This document shows, piece by piece, positions 48,467-57,826 of a DNA stretch of 64,000 nucleotides; positions within the stretch are counted from its first letter, which is position 1, and each line of letters opens with the position of its first letter. Both the position numbers and the translations under genes were made by a program. Source of the stretch: Smithellaceae bacterium (GTDB lineage Bacteria > Desulfobacterota > Syntrophia > Syntrophales > Smithellaceae). Under the pieces are notes generated by a model. That model was not told the DNA's origin. It searched no databases and was given only the letters and a program-made list of their open reading frames with translations. The stretch covers positions 2,656,001 to 2,720,000 of the forward strand of contig CAXXVL010000002.1 of the NCBI GenBank assembly GCA_963667845.2. Reading direction: 5' to 3'.

Positions 48467-50173
48467 GTGAATGGATCGCATCTGATAATTCGAGATATGC
48501 AGGGTCAAATATCAATGAAGAATGTTTCTCTGAAATATAACTACTTTATTATTATCCTTCTTCTTGTAACGATTTTTCTTTTTGCCGCATTTGAGTCCCT
48601 GTTGGCACTTACCCCTCCCATTGCCCGCGATGTGCTTATTCATCATCTGGCGATTCCCAAGCTGTGGCTGCTTCATGGCGGATTTTATGATACTCCCTGG
48701 GCGCTCTATTCCTATTACCCGATGAATCTGGATCTGCTCTACATCGTGCCCCTGTATTTCGGGAATGATATCATCCCTAATTTTATTCATATGAGTTTTA
48801 GTTTTGGTACAGCCATACTGATTTACCTGTATTTGAAAAAAAAGGTGGGGCTGCTCGCCGGTCTTCTGGGAGCCGCTGCATTTATCAGTTTGCCGATTGT
48901 CGTGAGAATGTCTACAACGGCCTACGTTGATTTTGGGCTGGTATTCTTTTCAACGGCAAGCGTTCTGGCTTTGATTTGCTGGAGGGACAGCGAATATAAG
49001 AAAACCGGCTGGCTGATGATTTCAGCTGTTACGATGGGACTGGCAATGGGTACAAAATATAATGCGCTGCTGGCCTGGTTCTTCCTTACGCTGGCTGTCG
49101 TATTTATATATGCGAAAGATACGGGGAAGCAATGGCCTGCGCTGAAATGGGGTTCGATTTTCTTCCTTGTTTCACTGCTCGTATTTTCTCCGTGGTTGAT
49201 CAAGAATGCTATCCTGACCGGGAACCCATTCTACCCCTTGTTTCGGGGAGTGTTCGGCAATTTGGGAACAAGCAGCTCCGGAGGAGTATACTCGCTGGTA
49301 TCAGGCAGTTCCGGTTTGGGCATGTTTAAGGCACGGGAAATGTTATACGGCGAAAGTATCTGGGAATCTCTATTGATCCCGATTCGCTTTTTTTTCCAGG
49401 GGCAGGATAATACTCCCCGTTATTTTGACGGAGTTTTGAATCCTGTGCTGATCCTGATAGCTCCGTTTGCCTTCATCAATGGAAAACTGAAAGCTGATAA
49501 ACTTCTTTTTCTCTCTTTTGCCTGCTTTTTTATCTTCATGGCTTTTTTTCTGGACCAGCATCGCATCCGCTATATACTGCCGGCCATTCCGTTTGTCATT
49601 ATTCTGATGGCGATGGGTTTTGTTCATCTCTTCGGGTGGATCAATGAGAAGCCCGGACCCTATCAGATTATTTATAAAGGTGTCTTTGCGGTTGTTTTGG
49701 TCTGCATGGTAGCGATCAATATGGTTTATATGGGACGATATTTTCAAACGATCGCTCCTGTTGATTATATTCTGAAGAAAGAATCCAGGGATCAATTCAT
49801 AGCAAGGCATGATCTCAGTTATCCGGCCATTCGCTATATCAATGATCATACACCTGAAAATTCTAAAATCAGGCTGATTTTATTGGCCGGACGGGGCTAT
49901 TATCTAAACCGGCCTTACGAAGACAATGCGTCTTTCGGAATTGATATTATAAACAATTTGGTGTCGCGCTCAAGTGATCCGGCGTCCTTTCAAAAATATC
50001 TGAAATCCTTGAACTGCACCCATCTTCTTATCCGTTATGATTTGTTTGGGCAGCATTTGACGCAGATCTTTTCGAAAGCGCAGATTCAGCAATTATCTGA
50101 ACTGTTGGAGAGAGAAACAAGAATTATTTTCCGAGATGATCACTATGCGGTTTTTCAGATCGTATCTAACTAA
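48467..50173 (+). CDS. Polytopic GT-C-fold glycosyltransferase (ArnT/PMT, GT39/83-like)
   Basis: RDVLIHHLAIPK, YYPM, AYVD, GLAMGTKY, SPWLIKNAILTGNPFYP and RYILP motifs; about 11 TM helices; start may be 48497 or 48515. Confidence 0.75.
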   Translation: MNGSHLIIRDMQGQISMKNVSLKYNYFIIILLLVTIFLFAAFESLLALTPPIARDVLIHHLAIPKLWLLHGGFYDTPWALYSYYPMNLDLLYIVPLYFGNDIIPNFIHMSFSFGTAILIYLYLKKKVGLLAGLLGAAAFISLPIVVRMSTTAYVDFGLVFFSTASVLALICWRDSEYKKTGWLMISAVTMGLAMGTKYNALLAWFFLTLAVVFIYAKDTGKQWPALKWGSIFFLVSLLVFSPWLIKNAILTGNPFYPLFRGVFGNLGTSSSGGVYSLVSGSSGLGMFKAREMLYGESIWESLLIPIRFFFQGQDNTPRYFDGVLNPVLILIAPFAFINGKLKADKLLFLSFACFFIFMAFFLDQHRIRYILPAIPFVIILMAMGFVHLFGWINEKPGPYQIIYKGVFAVVLVCMVAINMVYMGRYFQTIAPVDYILKKESRDQFIARHDLSYPAIRYINDHTPENSKIRLILLAGRGYYLNRPYEDNASFGIDIINNLVSRSSDPASFQKYLKSLNCTHLLIRYDLFGQHLTQIFSKAQIQQLSELLERETRIIFRDDHYAVFQIVSN

Positions 50174-50921
50174 AATACATAGCCTTTCCATCACTATTCC
50201 ATTATGTTTATTTGCCTTGACTTTAACTCAGGTTTGGTTTATTACTCACATTGACTTTTGGTCAGTAATTGACCCGAACCCATAAGAGACTAAAAGTTAT
50301 CCCTTGGGGAGCGCGGTAAAAGTACAAATCTGAACCGTCTGCAAGCCTTGGTCTGATTGCCGGCTTTCGAGAGCAAAACCAGATTTGACTGAATTTCCGG
50401 ATAAACAGATAATGGTTTCAGCAACTGTTATTTCTTCCCTGAGCGTCAGGAATTGATCCCGGTTGCATGTAATCGGGGGAAATCAATTTCCAATATTTTT
50501 GACTTCTCTTCACGGTGGAAAGGGAGCCACGGAATGCCTGAAGTCTTTATTGTCATAATTTTCGGTGCGTGGTTTCATACTCGAATAATGATATCGCGAA
50601 TAAGTGTTTCATCCAGCTCGTTTATTCGCCCAATTTTTTATCAGAACTTACATCTTCTTTTTTTATCATATCAAAAACAAAATCGAAAAGCCCCTCGCTG
50701 TGTTCTTCGCGGCGACGTGTTTTGCGCTGCCGGAAAATAAACAGTAGAAAGGAGTTGTCTGCCCGATATCATAACTTAGGATCATAAATGAACCGGAAAT
50801 ACATGCGGTTCATGAAATATTGAATGAGGCGTGAATGCTAATCGAGGCGCTGCTTGGCCTCAAACAATTTGTGAGCCGTAAAACAAACGAGCGGTTCATA
50901 AGAAAGAGAAGGAGGAGAATA

Positions 50922-53342
50922 ATGTCATTAAAGATCAAAAAAGCGGCTGTTTTAGGTGCGGGAGTCATGGGCGCGACCATCGCGGCTCATCTGACCAATG
51001 CCGGTATCGAATGCTACTTACTCGATATCATTCCCTTTGAACTGACGGATGCCGACAAGAAACAAGGCCTGACGGAAAAAAGCCCTGCTTGGCGCAATCG
51101 CTTCGCGGCAAACGGTCTGGCCGGGGTTACAAAATCGAAACCCGCCAGTTTCTTTACCAAGAAAAACGCATCCATGATCAAAATCGGCAATTTTGAGGAC
51201 AATTTAAAATGGCTGGCCGATGTGGATTGGATTTGCGAAGTTGTCGTCGAAAACCTCAAAATCAAACAGGACCTTTTTGCCAAGGTTGAAAAAGTTATTA
51301 AACCGACCTGCATCGTTTCGACGAATACCTCCGGTATTCCCATTAAAGACATCAGCGCAAAATTCGGCGCAGGTTTGAAGAAACATTTCCTGGGAACCCA
51401 CTTCTTTAATCCTCCCCGCTACATGAAACTGATGGAAATCATTCCCGGCGTGGACACGGATAAAGAGATTGTCGATTTCATGGTGAAATTCAGCGAGCAG
51501 ACGCTGGGTAAGGGTGTTGTTGTTTGCAAAGACAGCCCGAACTTTATTGGAAACCGCATTGGTTCGTTCGATTTGTCAAACGCTCAGCGTATTATGTATG
51601 AGAGAAAATATAAAATTGATGAAACTGACGCCATTGTCGGCAAAGCCCTCGGCCGTCCCGGTACAGCACTGTTTGGGACGATAGATCTGGTTGGTTTGGA
51701 TATTGGCGCCCATGTATCCAAGAATCTCTATGATGCCGTTCCCAATGACGAAATGCGCGATATGTTCTTACCCCTGCCTTTCGGTGAGAAGATGCTCGCC
51801 AATAAGTGGCTCGGCAATAAGACCAAACAGGGCTTCTATAAGAAAATCAAAGATGCCAAGGGCAAGAATGTCAAACTGATGCTGGATATCGACACGATGG
51901 AATATGTACTGTCCGGCAAACCGAAGTTTGATTCTATCTCGGCAGCCAAGAAGAAAGAAAACATCGCCGACGGTATGAAGCTGGTCTTTTTTGCTGAAGA
52001 CAGAGCCGGTGAATTTGTTCGTGAATATCTCTGCAAAAACTTCATCTATGCGGCAAACCGCGTGGGTGAAATCTGTGATGATATTATGTCCATCGATAAC
52101 GCCATGAAGTGGGGCTACAATCATCAGCTGGGGCCTTTCGAGTCCTGGGATGCTGTGGGCGTTAAAGAAGCCATCGATGTCATGAAAAAGATGAAGCTGA
52201 AAGTTCCCAAGAAGATCGAAGAAATGCTGAAGAAAGGGTGTGACTCTTTCTACACCACCAAGCCGGACGGAAAATATTATTACGACTTTGAGAAAAAGGC
52301 GTATGCGAAGATCGATGAAAATCCCCGCATCATCATTCTGCCTTCGCTCAAAGAACGCAGCAAGATCGTTAAAGAAAACGGCAGCGCCAGCCTGATTGAC
52401 ATCGGTGACGGCGTGGTCTGTCTGGAATTTCATACCAAGATGAACTCTATCGATGAGGGCCTGACCACTATGCAGCACGAAGCCTGCGATATCGTCGAAA
52501 AAGATTTCGTGGGAATGGTCGTTGCCAATCATGATCCGCGCGCTTTCTCCGCGGGCGCGAACGTGTTTCAGGTCCTCGCTGCAGCACAGATGGGGCAGTG
52601 GGATCTGATTGAGAAAGGTATCGAGTCTCTGCAGGGCGGCAACATGAAGATGAAATATCTTTCCAAGCCCGTCGTAACGGCCCCGGCCGGTATGGCTCTT
52701 GGCGGCGGCTGCGAAATAGCGATGCACGGTGCCCGTTGTCTGCCTAACGGCGAGTCCTACATGGGCCTCGTTGAAGTCGGCGTCGGCGTGATTCCGGCGG
52801 GCGGCGGCTGCAAGGAACTTCTGGTCCGTTTAACCGAAGGCATTCCGGACGGTATTGTTGAAATGGGCATTAATTTACAGTACCACATGGCCAAGGCTTT
52901 TGAAAACATCGCCATGGCAAAAGTTTCCACCAGCGCAGCGGAAGCCATGGAACTGGGCTATGTCCGTAAGTCGGAAACCATCAACATGAGCCGTGATCAG
53001 CAAATTTATGAAGCCAAACAACTTGTCCTGTCTCTGGTTATGGCGGGGTACAAACCGCCCAAACCGGCTTTGATTCCTGTAATGGGTGAGAACCTGCGCG
53101 GATTCGTGGAAGGCATTATCATGAATATGCGATACGGCAATTTCATTTCCGATTACGATTTGTTTGTATGCAGAAAAATTGCTCAGGTTCTTTCCGGCGG
53201 CGACTGTGCCGAGGGAACGTTTGTGTCGGAACAGGAAATCCTGGACCTGGAAAAAGAGGCTTTTGTCAGCCTGTGTGGCGAGAAGAATACACAGGCACGC
53301 ATTATGTATATGCTGAGCAACGGCAAGCCGCTGCGTAACTAA
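50922..53342 (+). CDS. 3-hydroxyacyl-CoA dehydrogenase / enoyl-CoA hydratase fusion (FadN/FadB-like)
   Basis: VLGAGVMG Rossmann motif, STNTSGIP, HFFNPPRYM; C-terminal crotonase motifs FSAGAN and ALGGGCE; GGAGG RBS before MSLK. Confidence 0.93.
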   Translation: MSLKIKKAAVLGAGVMGATIAAHLTNAGIECYLLDIIPFELTDADKKQGLTEKSPAWRNRFAANGLAGVTKSKPASFFTKKNASMIKIGNFEDNLKWLADVDWICEVVVENLKIKQDLFAKVEKVIKPTCIVSTNTSGIPIKDISAKFGAGLKKHFLGTHFFNPPRYMKLMEIIPGVDTDKEIVDFMVKFSEQTLGKGVVVCKDSPNFIGNRIGSFDLSNAQRIMYERKYKIDETDAIVGKALGRPGTALFGTIDLVGLDIGAHVSKNLYDAVPNDEMRDMFLPLPFGEKMLANKWLGNKTKQGFYKKIKDAKGKNVKLMLDIDTMEYVLSGKPKFDSISAAKKKENIADGMKLVFFAEDRAGEFVREYLCKNFIYAANRVGEICDDIMSIDNAMKWGYNHQLGPFESWDAVGVKEAIDVMKKMKLKVPKKIEEMLKKGCDSFYTTKPDGKYYYDFEKKAYAKIDENPRIIILPSLKERSKIVKENGSASLIDIGDGVVCLEFHTKMNSIDEGLTTMQHEACDIVEKDFVGMVVANHDPRAFSAGANVFQVLAAAQMGQWDLIEKGIESLQGGNMKMKYLSKPVVTAPAGMALGGGCEIAMHGARCLPNGESYMGLVEVGVGVIPAGGGCKELLVRLTEGIPDGIVEMGINLQYHMAKAFENIAMAKVSTSAAEAMELGYVRKSETINMSRDQQIYEAKQLVLSLVMAGYKPPKPALIPVMGENLRGFVEGIIMNMRYGNFISDYDLFVCRKIAQVLSGGDCAEGTFVSEQEILDLEKEAFVSLCGEKNTQARIMYMLSNGKPLRN

Positions 53343-53414
53343 TATTTTATGAACAACAGGCGCGGTGTTTATTGATTTGTGATCCGCGCTTTCATGACAT
53401 GAAGGAGGATAATC

Positions 53415-54608
53415 ATGAGTGAAGCTGTAATTGTTGAATCCGTAAGAAGTCCAGGCGGTCGTTATAAAAGAGGCGGTCTTGCTTATACAAGATCAGATAA
53501 CTATGGGATCCAGGTTCTCAAAGGTTTGCTGGCCAGAGTGCCGGAACTGGATCCCGCTGATATCGATGATTTGATTGTTGGTTGTTCTTTCCCCGAGTGC
53601 GAGCAGGGTATGAATTTGGGCAGAATTCTGGCTATGGGTGCCGGTTTGCCGATTTCCGTTTCCGGTATGACGGTCAATCGTTTCTGCTCCTCCGGTGTTC
53701 AGGCGATTGCCGATGCGACGGCAAAGATTCGCGCCGGCTGGTCGGATGTCATTATCGCCGGCGGTTGCGAAACCATGAGCCATATTCCCATGGGCGGCTC
53801 CGCAATGCGCCCCAATCCTGATTGGAAGTTTGACGGCAGCATGCCCAATGTCTATATCAACATGGGCAATACGGCGGAAAACGTGGCGATGAATCACAAT
53901 GTTTCCCGTGAAGATATGGATAAGTTCGGCGTGGAAAGCAATCGCCGTGCTTTTGAAGCGATTAAAGCCGGTAAATTCAAAGAAGAGATTATTCCGATCC
54001 AGGCATTTAAATATGCGATTAAAAACGGCAAGCGCGTTCGCCAGACAGTTACTTTTGACACGGATGACGGTGTTCGTTGGCCGGTCACTATGGAAAACAT
54101 GGCGAAATTAAAATCACCCTTCAAGGCAGGCGGAAACGTCACGGCTGCCAACTCTTCTCAGATGACCGACGGTGCTGCTTTCTCGCTACTCATGACCGCA
54201 GAAAAAGCCAAAGCTTTGAAACTGAAACCCATTGCCAAGCTTACGCATTTTGCAGTAGCGGGTTGTATGTCTGAAGAAATGGGTGTCGGTCCTGCTTACG
54301 CCATCCCGAAAGTCTTGAAGCTGGCCGGTTTGACACCGAAAGACATTGATGTCTATGAAATCAACGAAGCTTTTGCTTCGCAGGCCATTTACTCCTGCCG
54401 CAGCATCGGTATTGAAGACCGTTATTGGGCCGGTGACATTAACCCCAACGGCGGCGCCATCGCTCTTGGTCATCCGCTGGGATGCACCGGTGCTAAATTG
54501 ACGGCTCAGTTGCTTCATGAACTGAAACGTCGTGGTGCAAAACGCGGTATCGTTTCGATGTGTATCGGCGGTGGTATGGGCGCGGCCGCTATTTATGAAA
54601 TGTTGTAA
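53415..54608 (+). CDS. fadA: Acetyl-CoA C-acyltransferase (thiolase)
   Basis: NRFCSSG, NEAFA, GGAIALGHPLG and MCIGGGMG motifs. Confidence 0.93.
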   Translation: MSEAVIVESVRSPGGRYKRGGLAYTRSDNYGIQVLKGLLARVPELDPADIDDLIVGCSFPECEQGMNLGRILAMGAGLPISVSGMTVNRFCSSGVQAIADATAKIRAGWSDVIIAGGCETMSHIPMGGSAMRPNPDWKFDGSMPNVYINMGNTAENVAMNHNVSREDMDKFGVESNRRAFEAIKAGKFKEEIIPIQAFKYAIKNGKRVRQTVTFDTDDGVRWPVTMENMAKLKSPFKAGGNVTAANSSQMTDGAAFSLLMTAEKAKALKLKPIAKLTHFAVAGCMSEEMGVGPAYAIPKVLKLAGLTPKDIDVYEINEAFASQAIYSCRSIGIEDRYWAGDINPNGGAIALGHPLGCTGAKLTAQLLHELKRRGAKRGIVSMCIGGGMGAAAIYEML

Positions 54609-54648
54609 TTAGAAACCCCTCCTGCGCCAAGCTAAAAGCGTCGCTCGG

Positions 54649-54688
54649 GCCCTTCCGCCATGTCGAAGATTAGTAAAGGCGGAAGGGC
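54649..54688. terminator. Stem-loop after the thiolase gene (possible terminator or REP)
   Basis: GCCCTTCCGCC ... GGCGGAAGGGC, 11-bp arms; no clear U tract. Confidence 0.45.
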
Positions 54689-54792
54689 TGGCGGCAATTG
54701 ATTTTCTCCATATTGCCCTCATCTCGCGATTTGAGGAAAACAGTCTTTTTGCTTGAAATGCGTTAAAGTTTAGGCTATAGCAAACGGCACTT

Positions 54793-54867
54793 GGGCGGTT
54801 AACTCAGCGGGAGAGTGCTACCTTCACACGGTAGAAGTCGCTGGTTCAATCCCAGCACCGCCTACCA
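54793..54867 (+). tRNA. tRNA-Val(CAC)
   Basis: GGGCGGT...ACCGCCT-A-CCA; anticodon arm CTACC-TTCACAC-GGTAG; GGTTCAATCCC T-arm; TTGAAA-17-TATAGC promoter-like sequence upstream. Confidence 0.95.
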
Positions 54868-54876
54868 TGAAAATTC

Positions 54877-54913
54877 AATAGGTTACGGATCAGATCCGTA
54901 ACCTATTTTTTTT
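54877..54913 (+). terminator. Rho-independent terminator
   Basis: Perfect 15-bp IR AATAGGTTACGGATC-a-GATCCGTAACCTATT followed by a T run. Confidence 0.85.
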
Positions 54914-54931
54914 GGCGATGCGAGTGACGGA

Positions 54932-55339
54932 TCACCCTCGTTTTCGACTTGCCTGTTTATTCTTTTCGGCTTTTTTAAAACCGGCATTTCTGACAGATAC
55001 AACACTCGTGAAATCGGCATATACACTCTTCCCTGCAAGGTGTTGACTCATTAAAGAGAAGAGGTTTGTGTTTAGCTGGATCATTACAAGATCGTGAAGA
55101 TACGCGATGAGAAAACTTTCCCAGTCTTTACGACTCATAAGAAAGTCGAAGTATTCCTTATAAACACGTTCAGGGTATGCTGTTTCGTATCTGCCGTCCA
55201 TGGACACTTTGCAGTCCGGGCGGTGCGACCGGATCAAAAATTCTCCCCAGCCGAAAACGGCAATATCCTTCAATCCCAAAGAGCCCGGCTGAGGCTCTTC
55301 CGGGAAATAGAGAAATAAAAGATAACACAAAACGGTCAT
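54932..55339 (-). pseudogene. Probable C-terminal remnant of a larger membrane (GT-C-like) protein
   Basis: FGWGEFLI...KVSMDGRYETAY...W..FL..Y resembles the soluble C-terminal tail of polytopic membrane proteins; the TM body is absent. Confidence 0.4.
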
Positions 55340-55697
55340 GATTGCAGTCCGGATACAGATTGCAGAATTTCCGGCCGAGATATTCCCTTTTAAGACTTCT
55401 TATGATATCGAATACTCATGGAGTCAGCTGAAATAATTTAAAATCATCTGTTTGTTCAATAACGGCTGTCGCGGTATTTTACTGCGTGCGGTCTATTACC
55501 GCGGCGAAGATAATGATGGAATCAATAATCAAAGCCAAAGAGGGTTCCGATTTACAAGATGCCTGTTTAATGGGATACTGTAATGAGTTACTTTGGACCG
55601 GAGACGGGAAACTTTTGTTCTTCGTCTGATAGGGAGTCTCGACCAGATTGTCCGTGAATCCACCTGTACTTAACATGGTCGTTGGAAGGAACAGAGG

Positions 55698-56453
55698 ATG
55701 TATAAAAATAAAAAAGTTGTTGTGGTGATGCCTGCATATAACGCAGCGCAGACGTTGAGAATGACCTATGACGAAGTCATGGCCCAGGAGATTGTTGATC
55801 GAGTGATCCTTGTAGACGACGCAAGCCATGATGAAACATCGTCGATCGCCCGACAGCTGCCCCAGACGATGGTTCATGTTCATGAAAGGAACAAGGGCTA
55901 CGGCGCCAATCAAAAGACTTGCTACAGACTTGCTCTGGAAGAGGGAGGGGATATCGTTATTATGGTCCACCCCGATTATCAGTATACACCCAAATTGATC
56001 CCTGCAATGGCTGCCATGATCGGAAACGGCCTTTATCATTGCGTCCTGGGATCGAGAATCCTCGGGGGGTACGCCGTAGCCGGGGGAATGCCGCTATGGA
56101 AGTATGTCTTCAACCGTTTCCTCACTTTTGCGGAAAATGTTCTGCTGGGTGCCAAGCTCTCAGAATATCACACGGGATATCGGGCGTTCTCCAGAGAACT
56201 CCTTGAGAAGTTGCCTCTCGAATCTAATTCCGACGATTTTGTGTTCGACAATCAAATGCTGGCTCAGATTGTATGGCTCGGTTATACAATTGCTGAGATC
56301 AGCTGTCCGACAAAATACTTCACAGAGGCATCATCGATTAATTTTCGGCGCAGCTTGAAGTATGGTTTAGGTTGTCTCCTGACGGCTTTTCAATATCGTA
56401 TGAGTAAATGGAGAATTAGCCGTTCATCATTGTTTCCAAAGGTGTATTCATGA
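55698..56453 (+). CDS. GT2 glycosyltransferase (polyprenyl-phosphate sugar synthase, DPM-like)
   Basis: VVMPAYN, VDDASHD, NKGYGANQKT, HPDYQY, VLGSR and EYHTGYRAF motifs. Confidence 0.9.
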   Translation: MYKNKKVVVVMPAYNAAQTLRMTYDEVMAQEIVDRVILVDDASHDETSSIARQLPQTMVHVHERNKGYGANQKTCYRLALEEGGDIVIMVHPDYQYTPKLIPAMAAMIGNGLYHCVLGSRILGGYAVAGGMPLWKYVFNRFLTFAENVLLGAKLSEYHTGYRAFSRELLEKLPLESNSDDFVFDNQMLAQIVWLGYTIAEISCPTKYFTEASSINFRRSLKYGLGCLLTAFQYRMSKWRISRSSLFPKVYS

Positions 56454-57244
56454 CCGAGGTACGTCAAAATCGATTCCAGGATTTTTTCGAAAACGAAAAA
56501 TACGTTACATTAAAGAAGTTCTTATATAATTATATCCTCCGAAAGCATGCCGTCGAAGAAGCGATGCGGGATGAAAAGAAGGAACTTGTTCTGGAAATCG
56601 GCAGCGGTATTTCTCCTGTCTTCACATCATGGGACCGTATCGTCTATTCTGATTTGTCTCCGTCAGCGATGAACATGCTGAAAGAAATGCTCGGGAAAGG
56701 ACAATTCGTTGTGGCGGATGCTGCGAATTTACCTTTTAATGATCATTCCTTCTCTCACGTGATCGCTTCGGAGGTGTTAGAGCACTTAGAGGACGATAAA
56801 AGGGCCTTACTCGAAATTTCGAGGGTATTAAAACCCGACGGCGTCGTCATTATTACATTTCCACACCGCCGCTTTTATTTTTCATATGATGATCGCTTTG
56901 TTAAACACTATCGCCGTTATGAAATTTCTGACATGGTGAGCCGGTTGAGAGAATCGGGATTTCACCCCGTTTCCGTCAGCAAAGTTCTTGGACCGCTGGA
57001 GAAGATAACGACGCTTGCCGTTACGGCTTGTGCGTCTGCTATTGAAAGATTGAAAAGGAAAAGAGATTCATCGATAGATCATAAGGAACCGGCAGATGCG
57101 TTCATTACCCTTTTCAAGTGGGGGAATCGGTTATATGCTGCACTCGTTTGGCTGGACGCCCTGATGATGCCCAGAGCCTTGTCGACAGTTTTACTGATCA
57201 AAGCAAAAAAAATATCGAATGACCAATTATTCAGAGGCATGTGA
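56450..57244 (+). CDS. Class I SAM-dependent methyltransferase
   Basis: VLEIGSG, ADAANLPF, SEVLEHL, RVLKPDG and HYRRY motifs; overlaps the GT2 stop (ATGA). Confidence 0.88.
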   Translation: MTEVRQNRFQDFFENEKYVTLKKFLYNYILRKHAVEEAMRDEKKELVLEIGSGISPVFTSWDRIVYSDLSPSAMNMLKEMLGKGQFVVADAANLPFNDHSFSHVIASEVLEHLEDDKRALLEISRVLKPDGVVIITFPHRRFYFSYDDRFVKHYRRYEISDMVSRLRESGFHPVSVSKVLGPLEKITTLAVTACASAIERLKRKRDSSIDHKEPADAFITLFKWGNRLYAALVWLDALMMPRALSTVLLIKAKKISNDQLFRGM

Positions 57245-57283
57245 CTTGGCTGTATCGAACTCTATTCCCGGATAAATTATATT

Positions 57284-57808
57284 TCAGATAACGCTTTTCA
57301 TGCTCGCCAGATATTTCCTGCAAAGATAGCGATAAGCTTCAATGCCGTCTCTGGCGGATGCTTTGTCTTTATCCGTGAGATCCCGGGTTATTTTTGCCGG
57401 GTTGCCGGCAACAATTTTTCCGGCGGGGATATGCATGCCTTTGGGAACGAGCGAACCCACCGAAACAAAAACATCTTCTTCGCAAACGACGTTAAACAGG
57501 ACAATAGCGCCGATGCCGATCATGCATCGGGAGTGGATGTGGACGTCGTGCAGAATAACGCCGTGGGCCACAGTAACGTCATCTCCGATGATGGTCCGGG
57601 AACCGGGATAAACGTGAATGACTGCATTGTCCTGAACGCTGGATCGATCACCGATAATGACCGGGCCAAAGTCAGCACGGATGGAGACACCGGGTGCGAT
57701 CAGGCACTCATGCCCAAGTTGGACATCACCGATCAAAACCGCATTCGGATGGACGAAGGAATCAGACGGGACCTGAGGCTTTTTGCCGTCAAATTCATAA
57801 AGCGCCAT
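57284..57808 (-). CDS. Gamma-carbonic anhydrase family / hexapeptide-repeat protein (CaiE/YrdA-like)
   Basis: LIGDV, IRAD, QDNAVIH, VAHGVILH and AGNPAK motifs. Confidence 0.88.
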   Translation of the reverse strand: MALYEFDGKKPQVPSDSFVHPNAVLIGDVQLGHECLIAPGVSIRADFGPVIIGDRSSVQDNAVIHVYPGSRTIIGDDVTVAHGVILHDVHIHSRCMIGIGAIVLFNVVCEEDVFVSVGSLVPKGMHIPAGKIVAGNPAKITRDLTDKDKASARDGIEAYRYLCRKYLASMKSVI

Positions 57809-57826
57809 AAGGATCACCTTGCCGGG

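Noticed and set aside
50453..50787. Short ORFs in the fad leader (also 48177-48540, 55479-56039, 17114-17517)
   Set aside because: Weak starts, no RBS or homology cues; some overlap real genes.
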